DNA of 64,000 nucleotides, taken from the NCBI GenBank assembly GCA_964344965.1, contig CAYFPJ010000006.1, positions 568-64,567 of the forward strand. The letters run 5' to 3'. The notes beneath the pieces were generated by a model that ran no database searches, had not been told where the DNA came from, and worked only from the letters and a program-made list of their open reading frames with translations. Below are positions 8,480 to 17,436 of the stretch, piece after piece (the first letter of the stretch is position 1; each line of letters begins with the position of its first letter). The position numbers and the translations under genes are program-made. The stretch comes from an uncultured Gammaproteobacteria bacterium (GTDB lineage Bacteria > Patescibacteriota > Patescibacteriia > Magasanikbacterales > UBA922).

Positions 8480-8926
8480 ATGAAAAACAATAAACAAGGT
8501 TTTACATTGATCGAGCTCTTGGTAGTAGTAGCCATTATTGGGTTACTCTCTACCTTAGCAGTAGTGGCACTAGGATCAGCTCGTGAAAAAGCTCGTGACT
8601 CCAAGCGTCTATCTGATGTCAAGCAAGTGCAGACAGCTCTTGAGCTTTATTATACAGACAACAACGCTTATCCTGCCGAAGCTTCTGCCGTCACACTTGG
8701 TGACACCAACAATGTTTGTCTAAATGATGCTGATGGGTTCACTACCACTGGTTGTGCAGATGCATACATGGGGCAAGTCCCGGCAGATCCTTTGTCATCA
8801 CAGAGTTATACGTATGAATCTGCTGATGGTTCTACCTATGAGATTGCATTTACTCTAGAAGGTGCGATGGGTGGATTTGCTGCTGGAGCTGCGACAGCGA
8901 CTCCGTCTGGAATTACTGGTCAGTAG
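8480..8926 (+). CDS. type IV pilin (prepilin N-terminal cleavage/methylation domain)
   Basis: KQGFTLIELLVVVAIIGLLSTLAVVAL is a class III signal peptide. A strong RBS GGGGGTGA lies upstream. Confidence 0.9.
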   Translation: MKNNKQGFTLIELLVVVAIIGLLSTLAVVALGSAREKARDSKRLSDVKQVQTALELYYTDNNAYPAEASAVTLGDTNNVCLNDADGFTTTGCADAYMGQVPADPLSSQSYTYESADGSTYEIAFTLEGAMGGFAAGAATATPSGITGQ

Positions 8927-8953
8927 TATTCTAGTAAATTTTAGAAAAAATTT

Positions 8954-8985
8954 AACCCCAGCTTAACATGCTGGGGTTTTTGTTT
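8954..8985 (+). terminator. Rho-independent terminator after the pilin gene
   Basis: AACCCCAGC-TTAACAT-GCTGGGGTT followed by TTTTTG. Confidence 0.75.
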
Positions 8986-9266
8986 AGTAATGTTTATAAA
9001 TTTTATATTGTTATACTTCTTATGCACTTGTTAAACTACTAACATTTTGCATTACTAACTTACTTTTTGTAACCAAAAAGTAACAAAAAGTTTTGGGGGT
9101 GGACAAGCTCTCCGTTACAACTAAACTAATAATATTGTTATCTAGTTTTACAACGATGCCACCCCCAAACCCCCTCGTAGATTCTACAAGAATTAAAAAT
9201 TTTGGAGTAACATTTAATAATTTATTTTAGTTATTATTTGAATTTTATATTATAAAAGGATATGAT

Positions 9267-10022
9267 GTGTCTATGGGTTATATATTTATTTTTATCTTAG
9301 GAATTATCTTTGGGAGTTTTCTCAATGCTTTTTTGTGGCGGACTAGGAAAGAAATTTCTTTTGGCTCTGGGCGATCAATATGTCCAGAATGCGGTAAGCA
9401 GTTAAGATGGTTCCACAATTTTCCAATATTAAGTTTTATTTTTTTGGGTGGTAAGTGTGCCTTTTGCAAAAGAAAAATTTCTTGGCAGTATCCAGCAATA
9501 GAATTCACTCTGGGATTGTTATTTGTTTTTTCAGCTTGGTTTTATAGCTTTGACTATCTTCTGATGAGTAGAGATTTTTTTATATTATTTTTTTTACTTG
9601 CTGTTTTTGTCTACGATCTTCGTTATCAAGAAATTTGGGATCGGATGACTATTTTCCCTGCTGGTATTCTCTTTGTTTTGTCCTTAATTTTTTCATGGCA
9701 AACTTGGCAAAGTATGTTGATTGGTATTTTGATTGGTGGAGGATTTTTTCTTCTCCAGTTTGTGATATCTAAGGGTAGGTGGATTGGGGGAGGGGATATT
9801 AGACTGGGAGTTTTTATGGGAGTTATTTTGGGTTGGCCTTTGACTCTCTTTGCTGTGATGCTGGCCTACATGATCGGAGCAATATTTAGCATACCTTTGC
9901 TAATGATGAAAAAAAAGACCTTAGCGAGCAAGGTTCCTTTTGGTACGTATCTTTGTGTGGCGACTTTTGTTGCTGTATATTGGGGAAGTGGTATAATTGA
10001 GTGGTATACTAATTTGTTATAA
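9267..10022 (+). CDS. pilD: prepilin peptidase (A24 family)
   Basis: N-terminal zinc-binding CPECGKQLRWFHNFP...GGKCAFCKRKI, followed by multi-pass membrane peptidase region with GGGD. Confidence 0.85.
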   Translation: MSMGYIFIFILGIIFGSFLNAFLWRTRKEISFGSGRSICPECGKQLRWFHNFPILSFIFLGGKCAFCKRKISWQYPAIEFTLGLLFVFSAWFYSFDYLLMSRDFFILFFLLAVFVYDLRYQEIWDRMTIFPAGILFVLSLIFSWQTWQSMLIGILIGGGFFLLQFVISKGRWIGGGDIRLGVFMGVILGWPLTLFAVMLAYMIGAIFSIPLLMMKKKTLASKVPFGTYLCVATFVAVYWGSGIIEWYTNLL

Positions 10023-10025
10023 TTT

Positions 10026-10385
10026 ATGAAAGAAATAAATTCTCATAAAGAAGTTGGGATTAATAATGATGATCTAATGAGAGAATATCGTTTTATTTTA
10101 GATTTTTTTGATAAACATAATTTTGTCCCAACTCCTGCAGAAGCAGTGTATTTGCGTAGGATAATAAGTGAATCTATGTTAAATAATTTGAGTGTTAGTG
10201 ATTATTCTCGTACTTCTGATTATATCACAGAGGTTTTGGCCAGATTTTGTAAAGAATTGTATGGCATTGATTATATTACTTACAAAGATGGAATGATAGA
10301 TATAGCTAGACCAGAAAGAGTCGAAAGAAGGACTCAATTATTTGAGTACATAAAAAAAATAAGAGGAGATGCAGAGGTAAATTAG
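10026..10385 (+). CDS. hypothetical protein
   Basis: 119-aa ORF starting 4 nt after the pilD stop. No recognisable motifs. Confidence 0.4.
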   Translation: MKEINSHKEVGINNDDLMREYRFILDFFDKHNFVPTPAEAVYLRRIISESMLNNLSVSDYSRTSDYITEVLARFCKELYGIDYITYKDGMIDIARPERVERRTQLFEYIKKIRGDAEVN

Positions 10386-10412
10386 AGGAAGTATCTTATA
10401 GATTATAAGGAC

Positions 10413-11984
10413 TTAGAGTGTTCTATTAAACACTCTATACAAAACAGGAAGCACATGTTCAAAGACCCCAATCGGTTTCAAAATAATACTAAATGTTAAA
10501 ACTAGGTAAAATATCCCTAGGACGTGATAGAGAGCTGGAGAAGTGAAAGTCATCACCATAAGAGAGATAAGTCCAGCTAGTAAACCAACATAAAAATCAT
10601 GATAGTCTGATAAAGACTGTATTTTTTTATTTAATTCATAAATTATAAAAAATATTACAGTCAAGAACATAGTCAGACCAAAGAACCCTAGCTCGACAAG
10701 CATCTCAAGATAGCCCCATTCAAATTGAGTAGTATTGATTTGCTCATAAGTAATAGGACTAAAAAAATCAATCTCACTACCAAGTCCGCTACCTAGAATA
10801 GGGCGATCTTGGATCATGATAAAAATTGGTTCAAGTAAGGCACTACGTGTGTAGGTGCTAACTTCCATCTGAGGACTGGCAATGCTTAAAAAACGAAAAC
10901 CAAACATCCCAAGTCCTAAAGATTTTCCAAGACTTGAAATAAAGGAGATGCTCATCAGTAATACAAAAAATATAGCAAAAGCATTGACAGTAACTTTGAT
11001 CCAACGTTTCCAAGAATGTTTGTATTTTAGCACTAGAAAACCAATGGCAAGAGCTAGGAAATAGGTCCGCGAAAGATTGAGGACTAAAATTAAAACACCC
11101 AAAAATAGCAGCATTCTCCAAGCTTTGTGATGCCTCTCATCACGCATGAGAAGAGAGGAGATAAATAGAATAGCAGGAATTACCAAGAGATGTTCGGGAG
11201 TGACAATGCGGAAAAATCCCTGTTGCATGTCAGTAATCTTACCCATGGCCACGTCTCTGAACCATTGGTAAAAGCTGTCATGGATTTCTCCTAGGCCACT
11301 AGAATACAGAAGGAAGGTAAAAACAGAAAAGAAAGCTCCTCCAAGTAAGAAAACAATCATCAAACGTACTAAGTATTCTTGAGTTTTTGGCTCTTGAAAA
11401 TGATGATAAAAGGGGAGTAGTAGAAGAAAATATGAAAATGGTAAGAGATCTCCAATAATATTATTAATATTATTTCCGTATACCAGACCGAGAATAGCAG
11501 CAAAGATTACAAAACCGGCAAGAGGAAAAAACATGTAAAATATCTTGTGCTTAATATGAAAGCGATGTTTTAGTTCTTCGAAACTAAGATGCTGTACTAC
11601 CCAAAGAAAGAGAAAGGTAAAGACCAATACTGTACGCATCGATAGCCCAAAAAATTCTAAGAAATGTCCAGCTCCGCCTAAGAACAATTCCGCAAGTAAG
11701 ATAAAAAAAGCATACTCAATTTTTTTGAAATAAAGCATGGCAAAGACCATCATCAAGATGAAAAGTAGAATGGCCTGGATGATATTGTGTCCCGCAAGAG
11801 CAAAGGATAAGATCCTGGCACCGACAAAGCAAACAAAGAGCCAGATAGTTTGCTTGTTTAGGAAGATTGATTTTGTAGTGAGGAAATTATACATGGAGCA
11901 TGGAACAAATTTATTGATGATCAGTACGTCATCCCGAGCGCAGTCGAGGGATCTCATGATAGCGACGAGATCTCTCCACTCCAC
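10413..11984 (-). CDS. O-antigen ligase / Wzy_C-domain polytopic membrane protein (TfpO/PilO-like candidate). The annotated GTG start lies inside a MITE copy; the probable true start is the ATG at 11892-11894.
   Basis: More than 10 predicted TM helices plus a Wzy_C-like core (...LLFLGVLILVLNLSRTYFLALAIGF...). The first 30 codons (MEWRDLVAIMRSLDCARDD...) are encoded by repeat element 11926-12020. Confidence 0.55.
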   Translation of the reverse strand: MEWRDLVAIMRSLDCARDDVLIINKFVPCSMYNFLTTKSIFLNKQTIWLFVCFVGARILSFALAGHNIIQAILLFILMMVFAMLYFKKIEYAFFILLAELFLGGAGHFLEFFGLSMRTVLVFTFLFLWVVQHLSFEELKHRFHIKHKIFYMFFPLAGFVIFAAILGLVYGNNINNIIGDLLPFSYFLLLLPFYHHFQEPKTQEYLVRLMIVFLLGGAFFSVFTFLLYSSGLGEIHDSFYQWFRDVAMGKITDMQQGFFRIVTPEHLLVIPAILFISSLLMRDERHHKAWRMLLFLGVLILVLNLSRTYFLALAIGFLVLKYKHSWKRWIKVTVNAFAIFFVLLMSISFISSLGKSLGLGMFGFRFLSIASPQMEVSTYTRSALLEPIFIMIQDRPILGSGLGSEIDFFSPITYEQINTTQFEWGYLEMLVELGFFGLTMFLTVIFFIIYELNKKIQSLSDYHDFYVGLLAGLISLMVMTFTSPALYHVLGIFYLVLTFSIILKPIGVFEHVLPVLYRVFNRTL

Positions 11985-12020
11985 CTCTTACTTCGTAGAG
12001 GCTCTGGTCGAGATGACGTA
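11926..12020. repeat. MITE-like palindromic element, copy 1 (family ACGTCATCTCGACC...GGAGTGGAGAGATCTCG...GGGATGACGTA)
   Basis: GC-rich 95-bp element. Its termini are inverted (TACGTCATC...GATGACGTA), and it has an internal IR GAGATCTCTCCACTCC. The related copies are at 20190-20290 and 39467-39591. Confidence 0.8.
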
Positions 12021-12029
12021 TTGATAGAT

Positions 12030-12938
12030 TTACAACATTTTACCAAATCCATTCACAAAAGTTTTACTATCCATTGCTTTTTTTCCTTCCAATTGCAATT
12101 CATGAATTTCGATTGAATTGTCACTAGTTCCTACGTATAGTTTATCACTATCTACTACCACTTTGCCAGGTGAAAAACTTTTTTCAGCAGGAGAAATTTT
12201 GAGCAGTTTTAATCTTTTGTCATTCCAGGTTGTCCAGACTCCTGGCCAAGGTGTCATGCCCCGATATTGATTGTATATTTCTTGGGCAGTATTCTGCCAG
12301 TTTACTTCGCCATCTTCTCGAGAAAGTTTGGAACAGAGGGTAACTTGAGATTCATCTTGTGGTATTGGCTTTAGACTACCTTCGATATAGCCAAGGATGG
12401 TCTCCATAAGGGCTTGTAGTCCCACGTCAGCAAGTTTTTTGTCGAGATCGAGGTAAGTGTCATCCGGAGCAATATAAATCTCTTTTTGGAGCAATATTGG
12501 TCCAGAGTCCATACCTTTGTCCATCAGCATGATGCTTACTCCAGTTTTCTCTTCTCCATTGATGAGAGCCGACTGAATAGGTGAGGCACCACGATACTTT
12601 GGCAGAAGTGACGTGTGAACATTTATGGTTCCATATTTTGGAATGTCCAATATGCTTTTGGGTATAAGCAAACCATATTGTGCTACGATGGCTAAGTCAT
12701 AAGTCTTCAATCTTAAGTCTTCAATCTTAAGTCTTTCAGGTTGTTGTACTGGTATATTATGCTGCTCTGCTAAGATTTTTGTAGGTGGAGAAATAAGTTC
12801 TTTTTTTCTTCCTGCTGGACGATCTGGCTGGGTGATGACTAGCTGAATATCAAAAAGGGGGCTGTCTATCAGTCCTTGGAGGATGGTGGCGGCGAAGTCA
12901 TGCGTGCCGAAGAATACTGTTGAAATTTTTTTATCCAT
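12030..12938 (-). CDS. fmt: methionyl-tRNA formyltransferase
   Basis: 302 aa. It has the N-terminal formyltransferase fold (VFFGTHDFAATILQGL...) and a Fmt C-terminal domain. The gene contains a 14-bp tandem duplication (AAGATTGAAGACTT x2) at about 12706-12733. Confidence 0.85.
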   Translation of the reverse strand: MDKKISTVFFGTHDFAATILQGLIDSPLFDIQLVITQPDRPAGRKKELISPPTKILAEQHNIPVQQPERLKIEDLRLKTYDLAIVAQYGLLIPKSILDIPKYGTINVHTSLLPKYRGASPIQSALINGEEKTGVSIMLMDKGMDSGPILLQKEIYIAPDDTYLDLDKKLADVGLQALMETILGYIEGSLKPIPQDESQVTLCSKLSREDGEVNWQNTAQEIYNQYRGMTPWPGVWTTWNDKRLKLLKISPAEKSFSPGKVVVDSDKLYVGTSDNSIEIHELQLEGKKAMDSKTFVNGFGKML

Positions 12939-12942
12939 TTTA

Positions 12943-13084
12943 ATCTTTAAGCGGTTTTATTCCTCGATGCTTGCATCGAAAAAGTGAAAACTAACATTGG
13001 TTGAAATAAGATTTTCTGCCAATACCCCGCAGCTTGCTGCGGGGATGGCCCGATGAAGTCTTACTTAAACCAAATTTACTTTTA
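12943..13084. repeat. 142-bp element, left copy; perfectly identical in inverted orientation to 41728-41869
   Basis: Exact reverse-complement match over 142 bp. It contains the hairpin CCCCGCAGC-TTG-CTGCGGGG and lies between the stop of gene 13082..14083 and the start of fmt. Confidence 0.9.
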
Positions 13085-14083
13085 TTTTTTTGTAATTTTA
13101 TAACGAACTCCATCACGAATACTCTCTAGGAGTAGTTGAGCTTCTTTTTGGGTGATTTGAGATTTCTTTCTACCATTAGCTATGGCTTGAAGTGCTTTAT
13201 TGACACTATTGTAGTCTATGTGTGTTCCTTTGGGTAATTTTTTCAATAACTCTGTCTTTGAAAAGATGTTGTCAAAAAAAATTTGGATTCCATATTTTTC
13301 TTCTAATTTTTCTGCATTTTGCCACATATATACAGCAGTATTTTTGTACAATGATGCTATGTATAATTCTCCACTACTTAGTAACTTTCTTACCAAAGCA
13401 TCAAATATTTGATTGAATTCTGTTTTTTCATCATCTTCATTTATTTGATCGTACATGCTGGCATAATACAGCTCGCCATAAGTATCTAGTATCACATCAA
13501 ATTCCTGAAAATCCCTTAACTCAAGAATACTCTCTCTGATTTTGTCTACTTTTTTTTGCTTTCCTTTTCCCAATAATTTTTTTATAAGAGTTTCTCTATC
13601 TTTGCTGTAGGGTATTTCTTTCTTTTTTATATGATGGTCTGGAAGTGCTGCATGACTCCTGGTTACAGCTTGTCGTGTTTTTTCTACAATTTCTTCTCTG
13701 GTAAATTTAAGATTTGACAAACTTGTTCCAATTATTTTCACATCATCACCTAGCGCTTCTCTCACTTGCTCGTTATACAATCCCAGCCCAGCACCATTAT
13801 TCAATACTTTTAATTTTCTTTTTTCTCCTGCGGCACGCAACTTCTCTACTTTTTTTGGAAATACATCTCCTATGAATTCAACTCCATGAGAAGAGTTTAT
13901 GGTACCATTGTTAATTTCTATCAAATCATTGAATTTTCCTTCAAGTCTGGTTTGCATTAAAGTGGAATCTTCCAAATGTTTTTTTGCTCCTATTTTTTTT
14001 ACTTTGAGCACTCCAAATTCTGGGTCTTCTGGATCCAAAAATTTTTTTCCTCTATCTCTTATTTTCATATTTTTTATAAACAA
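13082..14083 (-). CDS. hypothetical protein with a possible Rossmann/SAM-MTase-like glycine motif
   Basis: 333 aa. KVLNNGAGLGLY...DVKIIGTS resembles methyltransferase motif I/II. The C-terminal half is helical and of unknown function. Confidence 0.35.
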   Translation of the reverse strand: MFIKNMKIRDRGKKFLDPEDPEFGVLKVKKIGAKKHLEDSTLMQTRLEGKFNDLIEINNGTINSSHGVEFIGDVFPKKVEKLRAAGEKRKLKVLNNGAGLGLYNEQVREALGDDVKIIGTSLSNLKFTREEIVEKTRQAVTRSHAALPDHHIKKKEIPYSKDRETLIKKLLGKGKQKKVDKIRESILELRDFQEFDVILDTYGELYYASMYDQINEDDEKTEFNQIFDALVRKLLSSGELYIASLYKNTAVYMWQNAEKLEEKYGIQIFFDNIFSKTELLKKLPKGTHIDYNSVNKALQAIANGRKKSQITQKEAQLLLESIRDGVRYKITKK

Positions 14084-14092
14084 TTTTTATTT

Positions 14093-14836
14093 TTAGCTAA
14101 ACAGTAATTTAATAGCAGAAGCAACTACCACAACTGCCAGCAATATTTTTACAAATCCATTCCCTTTCTTGATCATTGTGTGAGCACCTAGATAACCTCC
14201 GACCAACATGCCAAGAAAAAGCGCTATGCCAAGTTGGAAATTGATTATCCCATAAACTGCAAATATAGCTACACCAATAATATCTGCGACAAGGGCAGGG
14301 AGTCTAATGGTCGAAGATATGTCGATTATCGTCATGCCAAAAAAATACATCATGGCAAACTGCATGAATGTTGCTGCGCCTCCGCCAAAAAATCCACTCC
14401 AGATTCCAATGAAAAATAAAGTAACATATCCAATGGTTATCATCATTTTTGATTTGTCCGTTCTTTCTACTCCTGTTCTTTTGTGAATAAATATAAGAGG
14501 TAAAAGAACCAACAAAATAATACCAACTATAATAGACAGAAGTTTTTCGTCTATGGAGATTAAAATTTGTGTACCTACCAACAGTCCAAGAGTGTCAACA
14601 ATAATAAGCGGTATAACGTATTTCCAGACTATTGTTTTTTCTTTGAGAAATTTTTTGGTGGCTCCGATATGGAGACCTGTCGCTCCAAGCTTATTGGTAG
14701 CAATGGCGACATGAGGTGGTAGTCCGAGGAAAATAAGAAAAGGGATACTGATCAACCCACCGCTACCAACCATAGCACCAATGAAGCTGGCCGCGACGCC
14801 GATGAAGAAAGTTAGTATGAGGGGGATTATTTCCAT
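14093..14836 (-). CDS. TauE/SafE (DUF81) family anion exporter membrane protein
   Basis: 247 aa with 7-8 TM helices and glycine-rich repeat halves (GAMVGSGGLISIPFL...) typical of TauE/SafE. Confidence 0.75.
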   Translation of the reverse strand: MEIIPLILTFFIGVAASFIGAMVGSGGLISIPFLIFLGLPPHVAIATNKLGATGLHIGATKKFLKEKTIVWKYVIPLIIVDTLGLLVGTQILISIDEKLLSIIVGIILLVLLPLIFIHKRTGVERTDKSKMMITIGYVTLFFIGIWSGFFGGGAATFMQFAMMYFFGMTIIDISSTIRLPALVADIIGVAIFAVYGIINFQLGIALFLGMLVGGYLGAHTMIKKGNGFVKILLAVVVVASAIKLLFS

Positions 14837-14838
14837 AG

Positions 14839-15651
14839 TTAAGTAGTATTACTTATTCTTTTGGACAATATATCTCTGTATTCTTCAATTACTTCGTCCT
14901 GTGATCCACTATCCCATTCACCATTCAAAAGATCTCCAGCATCACTGATATATATTCTTCCATCCACTAGTGCTAAGTTACTTTCAGCAGCTTCTTCCTC
15001 TGTCATTCCCAAATCAACTTGAGGAGTGACTCGTGATGACTGCAATCTTGACACAAAATCATCAAGTTCTTCAGGAGCTATTTTTTTTGGATGCTCCATT
15101 TTTTCAATGATGGGCATAAGGAGATAAATCCTTCTACCAATCATGATCATCTTGGATGGAACAAATATTTTGTTTATCTCATTTTTTAATTCTGTTAATT
15201 TTTGTGGTTCATCAGGGGACTTATACAAGGGGCTTCTTTCATCAATAGATAGTATACGAAATTTTACACCATCAATTTCACAGTAAACTAATATGTCTGA
15301 GAAGGTTTTCTTCCCTCTTTTTTTTGGTGGGGTGATTGCAATTCCTACTTCAATATCCAATCTTTCCCCAATATACTTTAGTTCTTCAGAGAAATAACCT
15401 GACGCTCTTCTGGAATCTAGGTAAGTAATACTTTCCTGGTATGGTAATTCTTGAATATCGGCAGCTTGTAGTGCTTCTTGTAGTACTTTTGATTTTTCTG
15501 TCAATAATGTTTGATTTCCTTTGACTTTATTTTCTTCTGTCATTTTAAGAGCAGTTACATCAAATCCATCTCTTGGTATTCTCAATACAAGACTTGCATC
15601 CTTGGTTTGTATCACCTCTCTAACAGCCCTTTCTTTATCTTGCTCAGACAT
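14839..15651 (-). CDS. hypothetical protein
   Basis: 270-aa ORF in an operon-like arrangement between def and the TauE gene. No motif recognised. Confidence 0.4.
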   Translation of the reverse strand: MSEQDKERAVREVIQTKDASLVLRIPRDGFDVTALKMTEENKVKGNQTLLTEKSKVLQEALQAADIQELPYQESITYLDSRRASGYFSEELKYIGERLDIEVGIAITPPKKRGKKTFSDILVYCEIDGVKFRILSIDERSPLYKSPDEPQKLTELKNEINKIFVPSKMIMIGRRIYLLMPIIEKMEHPKKIAPEELDDFVSRLQSSRVTPQVDLGMTEEEAAESNLALVDGRIYISDAGDLLNGEWDSGSQDEVIEEYRDILSKRISNTT

Positions 15652-15666
15652 ATTATAAATAATTAA

Positions 15667-16176
15667 TCATTCTACCTCGTAAATATCCTTCGCCTTATCG
15701 ACAAATAGAATCCCATCAAGATGATCTACTTCATGCTGGATAACACGAGCAAAGAAGTCTGTGGCTTTGAATTTGAGCTCATGACCATCTCGATCCCAAG
15801 CCTCTACATAGATATTTTTGTATCTCTTTACCTTACCAAAAGTCTTAGGGACAGAGAGACAGCCTTCGGTATCCCAGGCAGTCTTACGACTCGTTCTTTC
15901 CCAGACTGGATTTACAAGTACCAAATCTTGGCCAGCCAAGTCATGATCTTTGTTAATTGCTTCTTTTCCTACCACCAAGATTCTGACATTGTTGTCGACT
16001 TGTGGAGCAGCCAGTCCAATCCCGTCGTCATCATACATTGTTGGGATCATTTCATCTATTAATTCTTGGGTATTTACTGATAATAAAAAATCACGATCTA
16101 TTTCTACAGATCGTTCTCGGAGAGATGGGGTTGGGATTTTTATTATTTTGAGCATTAGAAAAGGATTAAAAGGCAC
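15667..16176 (-). CDS. def: peptide deformylase
   Basis: GLAAPQV, EGCLSVP and QHEVDHLDG metal-binding motifs are all present. Confidence 0.92.
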   Translation of the reverse strand: MPFNPFLMLKIIKIPTPSLRERSVEIDRDFLLSVNTQELIDEMIPTMYDDDGIGLAAPQVDNNVRILVVGKEAINKDHDLAGQDLVLVNPVWERTSRKTAWDTEGCLSVPKTFGKVKRYKNIYVEAWDRDGHELKFKATDFFARVIQHEVDHLDGILFVDKAKDIYEVE

Positions 16177-16201
16177 AAAAGGCTGGAAAGGCTGGAAAGG
16201 C

Positions 16202-16504
16202 CTAAAATGCTTTTTTATTTGTGTTATTATTCATGTCATTCGCATGCTTACTTTTCCAGACAAACAATTTTCCTGGATTATCTACATTACTATCTTGGAT
16301 TTCAGAGAATATTTGTCTTGCTCTCGTCACACCAATTCTCTTGATGATCCCAAGATACATGCCAAATTTTTTTCGCTCACCAAAAGCACTAGAGATCACA
16401 TCTGTCCAATAGTGAACCTCAGAATGAATATTTTTATTCTGCGGCTTCTTTGGTTTAGTTTTTTTCAAGATGTCAGATATGTCGTCCATATTGACAGTAG
16501 ACAA
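16202..16504 (-). CDS. hypothetical small protein, possible helix-hairpin-helix
   Basis: 100 aa. YLGIIKRIGVTRARQIF resembles an HhH motif (L..I.GIG...A..I). Confidence 0.35.
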   Translation of the reverse strand: MSTVNMDDISDILKKTKPKKPQNKNIHSEVHYWTDVISSAFGERKKFGMYLGIIKRIGVTRARQIFSEIQDSNVDNPGKLFVWKSKHANDMNNNTNKKAF

Positions 16505-16548
16505 AATTAGAAAGAAATATTCGTGTCAATTCGTGCTATTCGCATATA

Positions 16549-17343
16549 TTAATCAAAACCAAACTCTCCTGTCAAATAACCAACACCAAAAGGGGATTCG
16601 TAGCAAAGGTTTTTAAAGGTATAATTCATGTTTTTTAGTACCCCAAGAGCTATCAAGATAGATCTATAAGCACAATCATCAGCATTGGCCACCATGTCAG
16701 GATCTAGTCCCACAAACCCTGTGGTATTATGTGTCTCCAGTAGTTCGATAATTTTATCATCAAATTTTTGACCATCTTTATGAAATCCTCCTGGAGAGTT
16801 GGTGGTAAGCCTGTGAGAGAGGTCTCCAGAAGCTATGAGGGCTATTCTTTTTTCTGAATTCATGATTACTTCTTTCAATATCTCACCAAAAAGAAGGTGA
16901 GACTTGGCATCTGTTTTGCTGTATCCAAGGGGGAGGACTTGCACATTTGGTAGATGAGAAGTCAGAAAGAACAGTGGGACACTGGCGCCGTGACCCAGCT
17001 CTTCATTGCTTATTAGTCTTGTAGCTATGTTCTCCTCTCTTGTCTTGTGTTGTATTTTGGCAGCAATAGAAGGAGCCCCAGACCACGACTTTTTGGTTTC
17101 CATGTCTCCGAATTCTTGAAAATGAGATTGTAGAGTGGTATGAGCATTTACCACAAAAGTATCATCATATATTCCTTCATGTGGAGTGATGATGATGATT
17201 AGATGAGGCTTGGATAGATATAGGTTTTGCTCTATCTCTTCCAATGCCTTTTTTGTTTTTACTAGCTCCTCAGTCTTATCTTTGCCAATATTTGGTATTA
17301 GTAAAGGTGGGTGGGGAGTAATAGCGGAGTATACAAGAGACAT
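16549..17343 (-). CDS. LigB-superfamily protein (class III extradiol dioxygenase / MEMO1-like)
   Basis: 264 aa. N-terminal AITPHPP and the SGDLSHRL motif are characteristic of the LigB/MEMO family. Confidence 0.5.
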   Translation of the reverse strand: MSLVYSAITPHPPLLIPNIGKDKTEELVKTKKALEEIEQNLYLSKPHLIIIITPHEGIYDDTFVVNAHTTLQSHFQEFGDMETKKSWSGAPSIAAKIQHKTREENIATRLISNEELGHGASVPLFFLTSHLPNVQVLPLGYSKTDAKSHLLFGEILKEVIMNSEKRIALIASGDLSHRLTTNSPGGFHKDGQKFDDKIIELLETHNTTGFVGLDPDMVANADDCAYRSILIALGVLKNMNYTFKNLCYESPFGVGYLTGEFGFD

Positions 17344-17352
17344 ATTGTTATG

Positions 17353-17432
17353 TGCGAAATTACGAAAGGTACGAAATATACGAAAATAAATAATTTAGTT
17401 CGTATATTTCGTACTGTTCGTATCTTCGTACA
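17353..17432. promoter_or_regulatory. Long palindrome built from 9-bp-spaced TACGAA/TTCGTA repeats (candidate operator or bidirectional terminator)
   Basis: Perfect 16-bp IR GTACGAAATATACGAA (17369-17384) pairs with TTCGTATATTTCGTAC (17399-17414) across a 14-nt loop. It is extended by further TACGAAA / TTCGTA repeats, with TACGAA recurring 3 times on the left arm and TTCGTA 4 times on the right. Related ATTCGTG / ATTCGCA repeats occur at 16518-16542. Confidence 0.5.
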
Positions 17433-17436
17433 TGAT

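Noticed and set aside
16185-16205. AAAGGCTGG x2 tandem after def
   Set aside because: It is only about 2.5 units of a 9-mer in a spacer, which is too short to call a repeat array.
15950-16510. 186-aa plus-strand ORF
   Set aside because: It overlaps def (15667-16176) in antisense, and def has unambiguous motifs.
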